A stretch of 64,000 nucleotides of DNA from Elusimicrobiota bacterium (GTDB lineage: Bacteria; Elusimicrobiota; Elusimicrobia; F11): the NCBI GenBank assembly GCA_046153645.1, contig JBJXGI010000056.1, positions 16,687 through 80,686 of the forward strand, written 5' to 3'. Both the position numbers and the translations under genes were made by a program. The notes below the pieces were generated by a model. It made no database searches. It was not told the origin of the DNA and saw only the letters and a program-made list of their open reading frames with translations. This document shows positions 27,695 to 38,094 of this stretch, piece after piece. Each line of letters opens with the position of its first letter. Within the stretch, counting starts at the first letter, position 1.

Positions 27695-29002
27695 ATGAAA
27701 GATTTAAATAAAAATAATGAAAATAAAAAAGAAGATTTGTTGACGAATTTAGATCAAGAAATTTCAAGAAGAAATTTTTTGAAAGGGGCTGGGGTATTAG
27801 CGGCTAGTTTAATGATCCCAAGCGTTTTTAAATCGATGATTCCAGGTGCTTATGCTTCTGATGCTCCGGAAACAACAACCATGCGTTTTGGAATTATTGC
27901 CTTAACAGATTGCGCTTCAATTGTTATGGCGCATGAATTGGGTTTATTTAAAAAATACGGAATTAATTCTGTTATTTCTAAAGAAGCGTCCTGGGCGGTT
28001 ATACGCGATAAATTGAATTTGGGAGAAAATCATGCCACACACATGTTATTAGGAATGCCCTATGCTTCTACGATGGGCCTCTTGGGTTCTCCCAAGCGAC
28101 CGATGGTCATTCCGTTGGTACTGAACCGAAATGGACAAGGCATCACACTTCAAAAAAAATATGCTGGAAAAGTAAAAAATCCAGCTGATTTAAAAACATT
28201 TGTTTACCAAGCTAAAATGGGGGGCAGCCCTCTCAACTTTGCTATGACGTTTCCTCCTGGAACTCATGCGATGTGGTTAAGATATTGGTTGGCTTCAGGA
28301 GGTATTCATCCCGATCGAGACGTGTCCTTAATTACAGTTCCTCCTCCACAAATGGTTCAGAATATGCGAATCGATAAAATGGATGGATACTGCGTGGGCG
28401 AACCATGGAATGGGCGAGCCATTTCTGATGGGATTGGGTTTACTGTGACGAGTTCTCAGAAAATCTGGAAAGATCATCCTGAAAAAGTTTTGGCTTTCAC
28501 TGAAGATTTTGCTCATAAAAACCCGAATTCTGTAAAAGCAGCCATGAAAGCGATTATAGAAGCAAGTCAATTTATAGACAAAATGGAAAACAGAGAAAAA
28601 GTAGCTGAAATAGTTTGTAAACCGCAATACATCAATTGCCCCAAAGAAGTGATTTTAGACCGACTTCAAGGAAAGTATAACTATGGAGATGGCAGTCCGA
28701 TCGAGCAAGACCCAAACTACATGACGTTTTTTGATCGAAATACCAATTTTCCATATAAATCACATGGGCTTTGGTTTATGAGTCAGTTTCGTCGATGGGG
28801 AATGGTCAAGGGGACGCCGGATTATAATTCGGTTATCAATAAGGTTCATCGACCTGATATTTTTAGGGAAGTAGCCAAAGAAATGAAGTTGTCTGTTCCA
28901 ACAGAAGATATGAAAAAAGAAACTTTATTTGATGGAAAAATTTTCGATCCTTCAAATCCTGAAGCTTACGCGAAAAGTTTTTCTATTCATAATTTGGCTT
29001 AA
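27695..29002 (+). CDS. nrtA: Nitrate/nitrite ABC transporter substrate-binding protein (NrtA/CmpA family), Tat signal
   Basis: SRRNFLK, GIIALTDCA, TFPPGTH, VPPPQMV, CVGEPWN, HPEKV. Confidence 0.9.
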   Translation: MKDLNKNNENKKEDLLTNLDQEISRRNFLKGAGVLAASLMIPSVFKSMIPGAYASDAPETTTMRFGIIALTDCASIVMAHELGLFKKYGINSVISKEASWAVIRDKLNLGENHATHMLLGMPYASTMGLLGSPKRPMVIPLVLNRNGQGITLQKKYAGKVKNPADLKTFVYQAKMGGSPLNFAMTFPPGTHAMWLRYWLASGGIHPDRDVSLITVPPPQMVQNMRIDKMDGYCVGEPWNGRAISDGIGFTVTSSQKIWKDHPEKVLAFTEDFAHKNPNSVKAAMKAIIEASQFIDKMENREKVAEIVCKPQYINCPKEVILDRLQGKYNYGDGSPIEQDPNYMTFFDRNTNFPYKSHGLWFMSQFRRWGMVKGTPDYNSVINKVHRPDIFREVAKEMKLSVPTEDMKKETLFDGKIFDPSNPEAYAKSFSIHNLA

Positions 29003-29012
29003 AGGAGGCAAT

Positions 29013-29786
29013 GTGACTAAAAAATTTGATTGGCCATCAGTCATTTTACCTTTCTGTGGAATAATTTTTATTCTTATTCTTTGGACAATGGTGAGTAAAA
29101 CGATAGCAAAAGACTTGCCCACACCTTGGGTGACATGGCAAGAAAGCAAAATATATATTCTCAATCCTTTTTTCAAGGAAGGAGAAATGAATCAAGGAAT
29201 GGGACGGTTGGCTTTTTACAGTCTTGTCAGGGTTGCAAAAGGGTTTACACTGGCTCTTATTTTGGCAACGCCTTTAGGTTTTTTAATTGGGCTTTCAAAA
29301 AAAATGTCTCAGGCTTTTGATCCGATTATCCAAGTTCTTAGACCTATTTCACCGCTGGCATGGTTGCCACTGGGTATGATTATTTTTCAAAAATCAGAAC
29401 CCGCCGGTATTTTTACTATTGCTGTTTGTGCGATGTGGCCAACGGTTTTAAATACGGCTGTTGGTGTCCGTCGAATTAATACAGATTATCTTAATGTTGG
29501 TCGTGTCTTAAAGTTATCCCCAACAAAAATGTTTTTTAAGATTATTATGCCGGCGACCATGCCTTATGTTTTTACCGGATATCGGTTAAGTTTGGGAATC
29601 GCTTGGCTTGTGATTGTGGCCAGTGAAATGTTAACGGGGTCTCCTGGTATTGGCGGATTTTTGTGGCAGGAATACAATGCTTTGATTTATTCCCATATTA
29701 TTTTGGCCATTATCACCATCGGTGTTATTGGTTTTATTTTAGATCGCATGATGGGTATGGTCGAAAAGAAATTTCAGGTAGGTTAA
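29013..29786 (+). CDS. nrtB: Nitrate ABC transporter permease
   Basis: GTG start after SD AAGGAGG; QVLRPISPLAWLP, GIAWLVIVASEM. Confidence 0.9.
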   Translation: MTKKFDWPSVILPFCGIIFILILWTMVSKTIAKDLPTPWVTWQESKIYILNPFFKEGEMNQGMGRLAFYSLVRVAKGFTLALILATPLGFLIGLSKKMSQAFDPIIQVLRPISPLAWLPLGMIIFQKSEPAGIFTIAVCAMWPTVLNTAVGVRRINTDYLNVGRVLKLSPTKMFFKIIMPATMPYVFTGYRLSLGIAWLVIVASEMLTGSPGIGGFLWQEYNALIYSHIILAIITIGVIGFILDRMMGMVEKKFQVG

Positions 29787-29794
29787 GAGAATTT

Positions 29795-30565
29795 ATGAGT
29801 TTTCTTGAAATTAAAAACGGTGCCAAAAGTTTCTCTTCTGAAAAAGGTGAGATTAATGTTTTAAAAGACATTAACCTTTCTATGGAGGAAGGTGAGTTTG
29901 TTTCGATTGTGGGTTATTCTGGTTCAGGAAAAACAACTTTGGTTTCTATGATTGCAGGGCTTATCCGGCCTGATCAAGGAAAAATAACTTTGGCTGGAAA
30001 AGAAATTGTTGCTCCTGGGCCAGATCGAGGCGTTATTTTTCAAAACTATTCTCTTTTGCCATGGATGAATGTTTATGAAAATGTTTTTTTGGCGGTTGAT
30101 GCGGTTTCTCAAAATCTCTCCCCAAAAGAAAAAAAAGAAAAAACAGAATCGTATATCAACTTAGTTAAGTTGGGTGCGGCGATGAGCAAAAAACCCAGTG
30201 AACTGAGTGGTGGCATGCGGCAACGGGTTTCTGTGGCGCGTGGATTAGCGATGGAGCCCAAAGTGTTACTTCTTGATGAGCCTTTTAGTGCGTTAGATGC
30301 TTTAACACGCTCTTCTTTGCAAGATGAACTTCAAAGAATTTGGACTGAAACCAAAAAAACCATCATCATGATCACAAACGATGTTGATGAGGCTATTTTA
30401 TTAGCGAATCGTATTTTCCCACTCACTAAAGGGCCCGGGGCCACTTTAGGTGATGAAATACCTGTTCATATTTCAAGACCACGGAGTACTCGAAAGCTGA
30501 GCTTAGAACCAGGTTATAAAGAAGTTAAAAAAAAGATTGTTGATTTTTTAATAAAAAATTTATGA
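29795..30565 (+). CDS. nrtC: Nitrate ABC transporter ATP-binding subunit (NrtC-like, no C-terminal regulatory domain)
   Basis: GYSGSGKT, FQNYSLLPW, LSGGMRQR, LLDEPF. Confidence 0.85.
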   Translation: MSFLEIKNGAKSFSSEKGEINVLKDINLSMEEGEFVSIVGYSGSGKTTLVSMIAGLIRPDQGKITLAGKEIVAPGPDRGVIFQNYSLLPWMNVYENVFLAVDAVSQNLSPKEKKEKTESYINLVKLGAAMSKKPSELSGGMRQRVSVARGLAMEPKVLLLDEPFSALDALTRSSLQDELQRIWTETKKTIIMITNDVDEAILLANRIFPLTKGPGATLGDEIPVHISRPRSTRKLSLEPGYKEVKKKIVDFLIKNL

Positions 30566-31404
30566 AAAAGATCTTAGAAATTTCTCAACTTGGTAAATCC
30601 TACCCCACTCCCAGTGGAGGAGAGGCTGTTATTGTTAAAAATTTTAATTTGGACATTCAAGAGGGTGAATTCGTTTCTATTTTGGGACATTCAGGCTGCG
30701 GAAAATCAACCGTTCTGTCTATTGTTATGGGGTTAAGCGAATTATCATATGGAGGTGTTATCCTCGGAGGACGAGAAATTGATGGCCCTGGAATAGACCG
30801 AGGCGTGGTTTTTCAAGCGGCCTGTCTTTTTCCGTGGTTTTCAGTCATTGAAAATATTCTTATTTCGATTGACCAGGTTCATAATTTAAAAACAAAAAAA
30901 GAAAAACGAGAGTTGGCCCAGTATTATTTAAAGTTGGTTGGATTGGAAGGCAGTGAGAACCGTTATCCCAATGAAATGTCGGCGGGGATGAGGCAACGAG
31001 TGGGAATTGCGCGCGCCTTTGCTATGGAGCCCAAAATTTTACTTTTAGATGAACCTTTTAGTTTGCTTGACGCTTTAACGCGGCTTGAACTTCAAAGCCA
31101 ATTAACTCGAATTTGGGAACAGGATAAAAAAACAGTGCTTATGGTGACTCATGACGTTGATGAAGCTTTGTTTTTGTCTGATCGAATTGTCATGATGACA
31201 TCAGGTCCGGCGGCGGGTATTGGAAAAATTATTTCTGTTCCGTTTGATCGCCCTCGCGATCAAGCTCAATTGTTTAATCACCCAGATTATTTTTGGATGA
31301 GAGATAGACTCACCAATTTTTTAGAAGATCAATCGCATCAAAAAAAAGATAGAGAAGCTTCCGGTGAAGAGCGAGTTAAGATGGAAGCTGTCGTTGATCA
31401 ATAG
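30562..31404 (+). CDS. nrtD: Nitrate ABC transporter ATP-binding subunit
   Basis: [30 protein letters not shown]. Confidence 0.85.
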   Translation: MKKILEISQLGKSYPTPSGGEAVIVKNFNLDIQEGEFVSILGHSGCGKSTVLSIVMGLSELSYGGVILGGREIDGPGIDRGVVFQAACLFPWFSVIENILISIDQVHNLKTKKEKRELAQYYLKLVGLEGSENRYPNEMSAGMRQRVGIARAFAMEPKILLLDEPFSLLDALTRLELQSQLTRIWEQDKKTVLMVTHDVDEALFLSDRIVMMTSGPAAGIGKIISVPFDRPRDQAQLFNHPDYFWMRDRLTNFLEDQSHQKKDREASGEERVKMEAVVDQ

Positions 31405-31426
31405 GTATGTTAATAGGAGGGGAATT

Positions 31427-31576
31427 ATGTTTGGAAATTTAGGAATGGGTGAATTGCTCATTATTTTTTTGATTGTTCTTCTGTTGTTCGGTTCGAAAAG
31501 ACTCCCTGATCTTGCCAAGGGAATAGGCCATGCCATAAAAGTATTTAAAGACGAAATAAATGGGATTCGAAAGTAA
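31427..31576 (+). CDS. tatA: Twin-arginine translocase TatA/E
   Basis: [46 protein letters not shown]. Confidence 0.93.
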   Translation: MFGNLGMGELLIIFLIVLLLFGSKRLPDLAKGIGHAIKVFKDEINGIRK

Positions 31577-32585
31577 TTCTTTCCAACCTCCTGTCGTAAC
31601 AACTGAAGATGGTTTTCGTCGAAGAGTTTCTTACTTAAGAATCTCACTAACGGATCGTTGTAATTTACGATGTCGTTATTGCATGCCAAAAGAGAAAATA
31701 TCTTTTTTTCCTGAAGATGAAATACTCACCAATGATGAATTGAAACGATTGATTCAAGTGTTTGCTTCTTTGGGAGTTACGAAAATACGTCTCACGGGGG
31801 GAGAGCCACTTTTAAGAAAAGGTTTAGAAGAGGTTCTCAGTTATATTTATCTCCAAGGAGTTAAAGATGTTTCCATGACAACCAATGGAATATTTTTGGC
31901 GCGTCGTTTGGAATCCCTTCAAGAGGCAGGATTAAAGAGAATTAATATTAGTTTAGATACTTTTCGTTTGGACCGATTTGAATTAATAACAACTTCTAGA
32001 AATATAAATAAAGTTATTGAGGGAATTCATAAATCCATTGAGATGGGTTTAAGCCCTGTCAAAATTAATATGGTTGTTATGAAGGGCTGGAATGATGACG
32101 AAATTCCAGATTTTGTTCGATTCGCTTATAATCATTTTGTTGAAGTTCGATTTTTAGAACTCATGCCCACCAAAAATACGTTCGAAGGAACGTCCCTGGT
32201 AACCAAAGACGCTTTTTTCCCTGTAGCATCTATCCGAACAGAAGTTGAAAAATATGTTCAGTTGGGTTTTGAAGATCCAATCGCAGGGGTCGCGCGGACC
32301 TATCCAATAAAAGGGGGGAAAGGAAAAATCGGGTTTGTGAGTCCTGTTTCAAATCATTTTTGTGGATCCTGTAATCGCATTCGTTTAACTTCGACGGGGG
32401 GGCTTAAAACCTGTCTTCATGGAAATGATGTTGTTGATTTGAAATCGTTATTACGAAAAGGATCCTCGAATGAAGATATTTCAAAAGCCATTAGGGCCGC
32501 TCTTTTTATTAAACCTCCTGAACATTTTATTCGTCCTGACCATTTTGTGAGCTCTTCTTTGCAAATGTCTCAAGTGGGCGGCTAA
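31560..32585 (+). CDS. moaA: GTP 3',8-cyclase
   Basis: [29 protein letters not shown]-terminal MSQVGG. Confidence 0.97.
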   Translation: MGFESNSFQPPVVTTEDGFRRRVSYLRISLTDRCNLRCRYCMPKEKISFFPEDEILTNDELKRLIQVFASLGVTKIRLTGGEPLLRKGLEEVLSYIYLQGVKDVSMTTNGIFLARRLESLQEAGLKRINISLDTFRLDRFELITTSRNINKVIEGIHKSIEMGLSPVKINMVVMKGWNDDEIPDFVRFAYNHFVEVRFLELMPTKNTFEGTSLVTKDAFFPVASIRTEVEKYVQLGFEDPIAGVARTYPIKGGKGKIGFVSPVSNHFCGSCNRIRLTSTGGLKTCLHGNDVVDLKSLLRKGSSNEDISKAIRAALFIKPPEHFIRPDHFVSSSLQMSQVGG

Positions 32586-32588
32586 ACC

Positions 32589-34697
32589 GTGCCTGTCCGA
32601 GTTATTCCAGGAAATTTTAAAAAAGTAAGAACCCATTGTAATTTGTGCGCGATGCAATGTGGTTTTCAACTGTTGGTTGAACCTGAGAATAATCAAGTCA
32701 TTGGGGTGGAAGGGGATCCTGATTTTCCAACAACGCACGGACTCATGTGTGTAAAAGGGACCAATTCAACAAAACAAATTCATCACCAAGATAGAATATT
32801 AGCCCCTCTTATGCGGCCCCATCCTGAGGCCTCTTTTGCGCCCGTTTCTTGGAGTCGTGCCCTCGCTGAGTGCGCTGAAAAAATAAAGGCTATTCAGGAA
32901 AAATATGGGCTTGATAGTTTTGCTGTTTATGGAGGAGGCGCCTTAACCAATGAAACAATTTACCTTCTTTCTAAGTTTACCCGAGTTGTTTTAAAAACAC
33001 GGAACATCGATTACAATGGCCGGTTTTGTATGTCTTCGGCAGCGGCAGCTCAAAATAAAGTTTTTGGGGTTGACCGAGGAATGCCTTTCCCCGTGAGTGA
33101 TATTGCGAAGGCAAAATTTATTTTATTGGTGGGTGCCAATATTGCTGAATGTCTTCCTCCTATGATGGATGTTTTTAAAGAAGCACGTTCAAAAGGGGCG
33201 GTGGTTTTTTTAGTTGACCCTCGAAAAACAGATACCATGCGAGTTGCCGATAAACATCTTTGTATTGAACCGGGAACCGATATTGAATTTGCTAAAGCTG
33301 TATTACATGTGATGTTTAAAGAAAAGTGGGTGGATTATTCTTTTATAGAAACTCAAACGGAAAATTTTTCCCAATTAAAAAAATCAATGGAGTTATTTTC
33401 TTTAGAATCAGCTTCTCAGTTAACGGGCATTCCGGTGCAAGAGATAGAACTAACAGCCCGGCTCTTATTTCTCAGTGAGACTGCCATGATTTTATCTGCT
33501 CGTGGAGCTGAGCAACAATCAAAAGGGGTGGATACTGTTATTTCTTTGATCAATCTTATTTTGGTCGCAGGGAAAATAGGTGTTCCCGGAAGTGGTTTTG
33601 GAACTTTGACAGGACAAGGAAATGGTCAGGGGGGTAGAGAACATGGTCAAAAAGCAGACCAACTTCCCGGTTACCGCAAGATTGAAAATCCAAAACATCG
33701 AGAAGAGATAGCGAAAATTTGGCAAGTCAATCCTGCTGATTTGCCGGGAGCCGGTTTATCCGCTTATGAGCTATTAGATGCTATTGTTCGCAAAGAAATT
33801 AAAGGTTTATTTGTCATGGGGTCAAATCCCGTCATGTCCGCTCCTCAAGCCAAAGAGATAAAAAAAGCTTTTAAAGAATTAGAATTTTTGGCGGTCGTCG
33901 ATTTTTTTCCTTCAGAAACAGTTGATTTGGCGCAGGTCGTTTTACCCACCACCATGTGGGCAGAAGAAATGGGAACCACGACCAATTTAGAGGGAAGGGT
34001 TCTTTTGCGAGAGAAAGCCATTCAGGCGCCTCCTGAGGTGAAGCCTGATTGGAGAATTCTTTGTGAGTTAGCAAAACATCTGAACCATCCTCAGGGTTTT
34101 TTATTTGATTTGATTGAAAATGTTTTTGAGGAATTTACTCTCGCCACGAAGAATGGAATTGCTGATTATTCTGGAATTACCTACGACAAAATTAGAAAAG
34201 AAAAAGGGGTTCATTGGCCTTGTGTTTCAGAAGAAGATAGGGGTACTCCAAGGTTATTTTTAGATAAAAAGTCGTGGCATCCGAATAAAAAATTTGTTTT
34301 TCATGATGTTTCTTATCGCCCTATTGCGGAAAAGCCTGATTGTGAATTTCCTTATATTCTTACAACAGGACGTTTATTGCACCAATATCTGACGGGAAAC
34401 CAAACGCATAGAATTCCGGAATTGGAAGTTTTTAATAAAGAACCAAAAGCAGAAATACCAACTGAAGTAGCAGCCAAGCTTTCTCTTCAATCGGGAGACC
34501 TTGTTCGCCTCATTACCCGACGAGGATCTGTTGAGATAAAAGTTAAAGTGATGGAGGGAATGAATTCTCTGACTGTTTTCGTTCCGTTTCATTGGGGAGG
34601 GGAACAATGTATTAACCAATTGACGAATCCGGCATTAGACCCGGTTTCACGAATGCCTGAATTCAAAGCCTGCGCGGTAAAAATTGAAAAAATATGA
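32589..34697 (+). CDS. nasA: Assimilatory nitrate reductase catalytic subunit (Mo-bisPGD)
   Basis: THCNLCAMQC...C FeS motif, NGRFCMSSA, GQGNGQGGREHG, DPVSRMPEFK; operon context. Confidence 0.9.
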   Translation: MPVRVIPGNFKKVRTHCNLCAMQCGFQLLVEPENNQVIGVEGDPDFPTTHGLMCVKGTNSTKQIHHQDRILAPLMRPHPEASFAPVSWSRALAECAEKIKAIQEKYGLDSFAVYGGGALTNETIYLLSKFTRVVLKTRNIDYNGRFCMSSAAAAQNKVFGVDRGMPFPVSDIAKAKFILLVGANIAECLPPMMDVFKEARSKGAVVFLVDPRKTDTMRVADKHLCIEPGTDIEFAKAVLHVMFKEKWVDYSFIETQTENFSQLKKSMELFSLESASQLTGIPVQEIELTARLLFLSETAMILSARGAEQQSKGVDTVISLINLILVAGKIGVPGSGFGTLTGQGNGQGGREHGQKADQLPGYRKIENPKHREEIAKIWQVNPADLPGAGLSAYELLDAIVRKEIKGLFVMGSNPVMSAPQAKEIKKAFKELEFLAVVDFFPSETVDLAQVVLPTTMWAEEMGTTTNLEGRVLLREKAIQAPPEVKPDWRILCELAKHLNHPQGFLFDLIENVFEEFTLATKNGIADYSGITYDKIRKEKGVHWPCVSEEDRGTPRLFLDKKSWHPNKKFVFHDVSYRPIAEKPDCEFPYILTTGRLLHQYLTGNQTHRIPELEVFNKEPKAEIPTEVAAKLSLQSGDLVRLITRRGSVEIKVKVMEGMNSLTVFVPFHWGGEQCINQLTNPALDPVSRMPEFKACAVKIEKI

Positions 34698-35176
34698 AAC
34701 GGCCATCATTATCGCATGTGGATGTTCAAGGTAAAATAAAAATGGTTGATGTGAGTGGGAAGTCAACAACCATGCGTGAAGCTTCTGCCTATGGGGAAGT
34801 TCACTTGAAAGCTCAAACCATTAAATTGATCAAAAACGGGCTTATGCGTAAAGGTGATGTTTTATCGACGGCTCGTTTGGCCGGAATTATGGCGGGAAAA
34901 AGGACGGATGAACTTATTCCCTTATGTCACTCTTTACAAATTGAGTCTTTAGATGTTTCTATAAAAGTTTTAACTCGTTCCATTCAAATTCAATCGAGAG
35001 TTGTCTGTGAGGGAAAAACAGGCGTTGAAATGGAAGCTCTCACGGCTGTGAGTGTTGCCGCCTTAACCATTTATGATATGGCCAAGGCCGTTGATAAAAA
35101 TATTGTCATTGGGCCCATTTATCTTTCCGAAAAAAAAGGCGGGAAATCAGGGCATTTTAAAAGAGGAAAAATATAA
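34694..35176 (+). CDS. moaC: Cyclic pyranopterin monophosphate synthase
   Basis: MVDVSGK, KGDVL, LIPLCH, TGVEMEAL, YDMAKAVD. Confidence 0.97.
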   Translation: MKRPSLSHVDVQGKIKMVDVSGKSTTMREASAYGEVHLKAQTIKLIKNGLMRKGDVLSTARLAGIMAGKRTDELIPLCHSLQIESLDVSIKVLTRSIQIQSRVVCEGKTGVEMEALTAVSVAALTIYDMAKAVDKNIVIGPIYLSEKKGGKSGHFKRGKI

Positions 35177-35415
35177 TGGTTCGTTGTCTTTTTTTTGCGC
35201 AGTGCTCGGACTGGATGAAGGTGAAAGAATTAGAAATTCCACTTTTTTCTTCAATTTCGATTCAGCAACTATTAGAAAAAGATTTACGATTCATTCAATT
35301 AAACAATCGGAAAAGTTTTCTGAAGGTAGCCATTAATCAAGTGATGGTTGATTTTCAAACGGAGGTTAAAAATGGAGATGAAATTGCCTTTATGCCCCCT
35401 TTCAGTGGCGGATAA
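35176..35415 (+). CDS. moaD: Molybdopterin synthase sulfur carrier
   Basis: LFFA, VAINQ, GDEIAFMPPFSGG C-terminus. Confidence 0.93.
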   Translation: MVRCLFFAQCSDWMKVKELEIPLFSSISIQQLLEKDLRFIQLNNRKSFLKVAINQVMVDFQTEVKNGDEIAFMPPFSGG

Positions 35416-35797
35416 AATAAAGCGGATAGTAAATGATCCTTTGAATCTTGACGATCTGATGCCACAGGTTTTTCATCGTGAGAAAGGCGCTGTTGTTACT
35501 TTTTCAGGAACGATTCGAGATACAGAGGAAGGGAAAGCCATTCGAGGTATTTTTTATGAAGCTTATGCAGAAATGGCTGAAAAAGAATTGGAAAAAATAA
35601 TTTTCAAAACCCAAGACAATTTAAATGTTTTAGTTGAAATAAAACATAAGGTCGGTTGGGTCAAAGTGGGAGAAGCCAGTTTGTTGGTTGCTTGTGCGGG
35701 TGTTCACCGCAAAGAAGCTTTTCTCGCGTGTGCAGAGGTTGTTGATCAAATTAAACAAAATGTTCCTATTTGGAAGGCGAGGTTTGATTTTTTATGA
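35405..35797 (+). CDS. moaE: Molybdopterin synthase catalytic subunit (start uncertain)
   Basis: GAVVTFSGTIR, YEAY.EMA, HRKEAF, IK..VPIWK. Confidence 0.93.
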   Translation: MADKIKRIVNDPLNLDDLMPQVFHREKGAVVTFSGTIRDTEEGKAIRGIFYEAYAEMAEKELEKIIFKTQDNLNVLVEIKHKVGWVKVGEASLLVACAGVHRKEAFLACAEVVDQIKQNVPIWKARFDFL

Positions 35798-36273
35798 AGG
35801 TAGGTATCTTAACGATTAGTGATCGATCTTTTAATCATATTCGCCCAGATGAGGGCGGGCCGGCTTTAGCCAGTATTATTCATGAAAAAAAATGGGTCAT
35901 TATCGCTCAGGAAATTATTCCTGATGAACAATCAGAAATTAAAAAGTGTTTGATTCATTGGGCTGATCAAAAACATATCGATTTAATTCTCACAACAGGA
36001 GGGACGGGCCTTGGTCCGAGAGATGTTACCCCTGAGGCCACAATTGAGGTTTTAGAGAAACAATTGCCAGGATTGGTTGAGTTGATGAGAAGAGAGGGGT
36101 TAAAAGAAACCCCTTTTTCCGTATTGTCTCGCGCGCTGGCCGGAATAAGAGGGGAAAGCATAATCATCAACTTTCCAGGGAACCCTGAGGGAGCAAAAAA
36201 ATCGTTAAGGTTAATTTTGCCCTTGCTTGAACATGCGCACCAAATGATTTTAGGTCATGATCACACCAAATGA
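35794..36273 (+). CDS. mogA: Molybdopterin adenylyltransferase (MogA/MoaB family)
   Basis: ILTISD, TTGGTGLGPRDVTPEA, LSRA.AG, NFPGNP. Confidence 0.9.
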   Translation: MKVGILTISDRSFNHIRPDEGGPALASIIHEKKWVIIAQEIIPDEQSEIKKCLIHWADQKHIDLILTTGGTGLGPRDVTPEATIEVLEKQLPGLVELMRREGLKETPFSVLSRALAGIRGESIIINFPGNPEGAKKSLRLILPLLEHAHQMILGHDHTK

Positions 36274-37483
36274 AGCTTTAAAAATAATTTTAGAGAACAC
36301 GGAGCCTTTATCTGAAGAGAAAATTTCTTTGGAAAAAAGTTATGGTCGTGTTTTATCGCGAGATATTTGGGCTGTTGAGAATTTGCCCTCTTTTGATAAT
36401 TCTGCCATGGATGGTTTTGCCGTTCAGTCGAACAGTTTGTCAGGGGCCTCAGAAACCTCTCCGATTGTTTTACCTGTTCAATCTGTTTCAAAAGCGGGGA
36501 CATCTTCTCCCCTTTCCTTAAAAGAAAAACATGCCATTCGAATTATGACCGGGGCTCCCATTCCACTGGGAGCTGATGCCATTGCCATTAAAGAAACCAC
36601 TGATTCTCAGTCCTCAGACGAAGTTCGATTCTTTTATCCTGCCACTGGTGGGGATCATATTCGCAAAATGGGAGAAGACGTCAAGAAGGATGATTTATTA
36701 CTTAAAAAAGGAACTTCTTTAAGGTCGTATGAAATTTCTTTGTTGGCGGCTCAAGGAATAACACAGTTTTATGTGATTGGTTTGCCTCAAGTCTGTGTTA
36801 TTTCTACGGGAGATGAGTTGGTTTCCCCTTCGTCTGCGATCTCTTATGGGCAGATACGCAATTCGAATGGTCCAGCGATATCCTCTTCGTTAGCGCATTG
36901 GGGGGTTGAGGCTATTGAATGTGAAATCGTCCCTGATAATTCAAAAAAGTTAGAAGAGGTTTTGCGGAAAAAACTTTCTAAAAATGATCTGTTCATTATT
37001 TCTGGTGGAGTTTCTGTGGGAGATTTTGATTTCACGAAAGAAACATTAGAGAAAATGGGTTTCCAAATTCTTTTTTGGAAAGCGGCCATAAAACCAGGAA
37101 AACCACTTCTGTTTGCTAAAAAAATGGATTCCGAAAGTCCAAAATATGTTTTTGGTTTACCTGGGAACCCGGTGTCGGCCTTGGTTTGTTTAGAAGAATT
37201 TGTTCGTGTAGCTCTTGAAAATTTAAAAGGTAAAAAGCCCACTTATCCCAGCTATCATTTGAAAGGAAATGTGACAAATTCTTATGTTAAACCCATGAAC
37301 CGTCAGCAGTATATTTTTTGTCAGGTGACTGAGTTAGAGAATCAATTTCAGATTGATATTATTCGCCCTCAAGGTGCGGCCATGATGGGAATGGCCACTC
37401 GAGCCAATGCACTTGCACTCGCTCCCATTGGAATTTCTCAGATAAAACCAGGTGATTTTTTGAATTTTCGCTGGCTTAAATAA
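36257..37483 (+). CDS. moeA: Molybdopterin molybdotransferase
   Basis: FDNSAMDGFA, IMTGA, STGDEL, SGGVSVG, KPGKP, GLPGNP. Confidence 0.96.
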   Translation: MITPNEALKIILENTEPLSEEKISLEKSYGRVLSRDIWAVENLPSFDNSAMDGFAVQSNSLSGASETSPIVLPVQSVSKAGTSSPLSLKEKHAIRIMTGAPIPLGADAIAIKETTDSQSSDEVRFFYPATGGDHIRKMGEDVKKDDLLLKKGTSLRSYEISLLAAQGITQFYVIGLPQVCVISTGDELVSPSSAISYGQIRNSNGPAISSSLAHWGVEAIECEIVPDNSKKLEEVLRKKLSKNDLFIISGGVSVGDFDFTKETLEKMGFQILFWKAAIKPGKPLLFAKKMDSESPKYVFGLPGNPVSALVCLEEFVRVALENLKGKKPTYPSYHLKGNVTNSYVKPMNRQQYIFCQVTELENQFQIDIIRPQGAAMMGMATRANALALAPIGISQIKPGDFLNFRWLK

Positions 37484-38094
37484 TGAAAGAGTTTACCGGT
37501 GTTATTTTAGCGGGGGGAAGAAGTCGACGGTTTGGCTCTCAAAAAGCTTTGGCTCCTTGGGGAGAGGAGACAGTGATAGAAACTCTGGCGCACACGTTAT
37601 GTTCATTGACCCCTCATGTCATGGTGGTTGGAAAAGAAAAATGGAAGCTTGCTGGTTTAAAAAAAATCCGAATAATTGAAGATCATTTTCAGGATTTTCA
37701 TGCCTTAGGTGGGATTGTTACGGCACTCAGAGAAGCGCCAACGAATAAAGTATTTATTGTTAGTTGTGATATTCCTCTTCTTGAAATCAATCTCATTGAA
37801 TTACTTCTTAAAAATTGTTCTGAGTCATTGGCCACGATTCCCATCTGGGATCAAAACATTCAGCCGCTTTGCGGACTGTATTCTAAAAAGATTCTTCCCT
37901 TTCTTGAGCAAGCTTTAACGAACAATCATCATAAACTACAGGAAATTTTAACGGCTCTCCACGTCCAGTTTGTGCCAGAAATAGAATTGAAACATAATGG
38001 GGTCACACGTTGGAGTTTTTTTGATCTCGATACTCAAGAAGAATACGAATATGCAAAAAACAATTTTAAAAAAGAAATTATTTCCTCTCGGTGA
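37483..38094 (+). CDS. mobA: Molybdenum cofactor guanylyltransferase
   Basis: ILAGGRSRRFG..K, LGGI..AL, CDIP, QPLCGLY. Confidence 0.92.
   Translation: MKEFTGVILAGGRSRRFGSQKALAPWGEETVIETLAHTLCSLTPHVMVVGKEKWKLAGLKKIRIIEDHFQDFHALGGIVTALREAPTNKVFIVSCDIPLLEINLIELLLKNCSESLATIPIWDQNIQPLCGLYSKKILPFLEQALTNNHHKLQEILTALHVQFVPEIELKHNGVTRWSFFDLDTQEEYEYAKNNFKKEIISSR

Noticed and set aside
32589..34697. Formate dehydrogenase or periplasmic Nap
   Set aside because: No Tat signal; NGRFCMSSA and GQGGREHG motifs plus nirB/nrt context indicate assimilatory nitrate reductase.
22285..38050. ORF-track starts at 22285, 28929, 29663, 31364, 35348 and 37997
   Set aside because: Downstream starts (22342, 29013, 29795, 31427, 35405, 38051) fit SD position, family N-termini or reduced overlap better.
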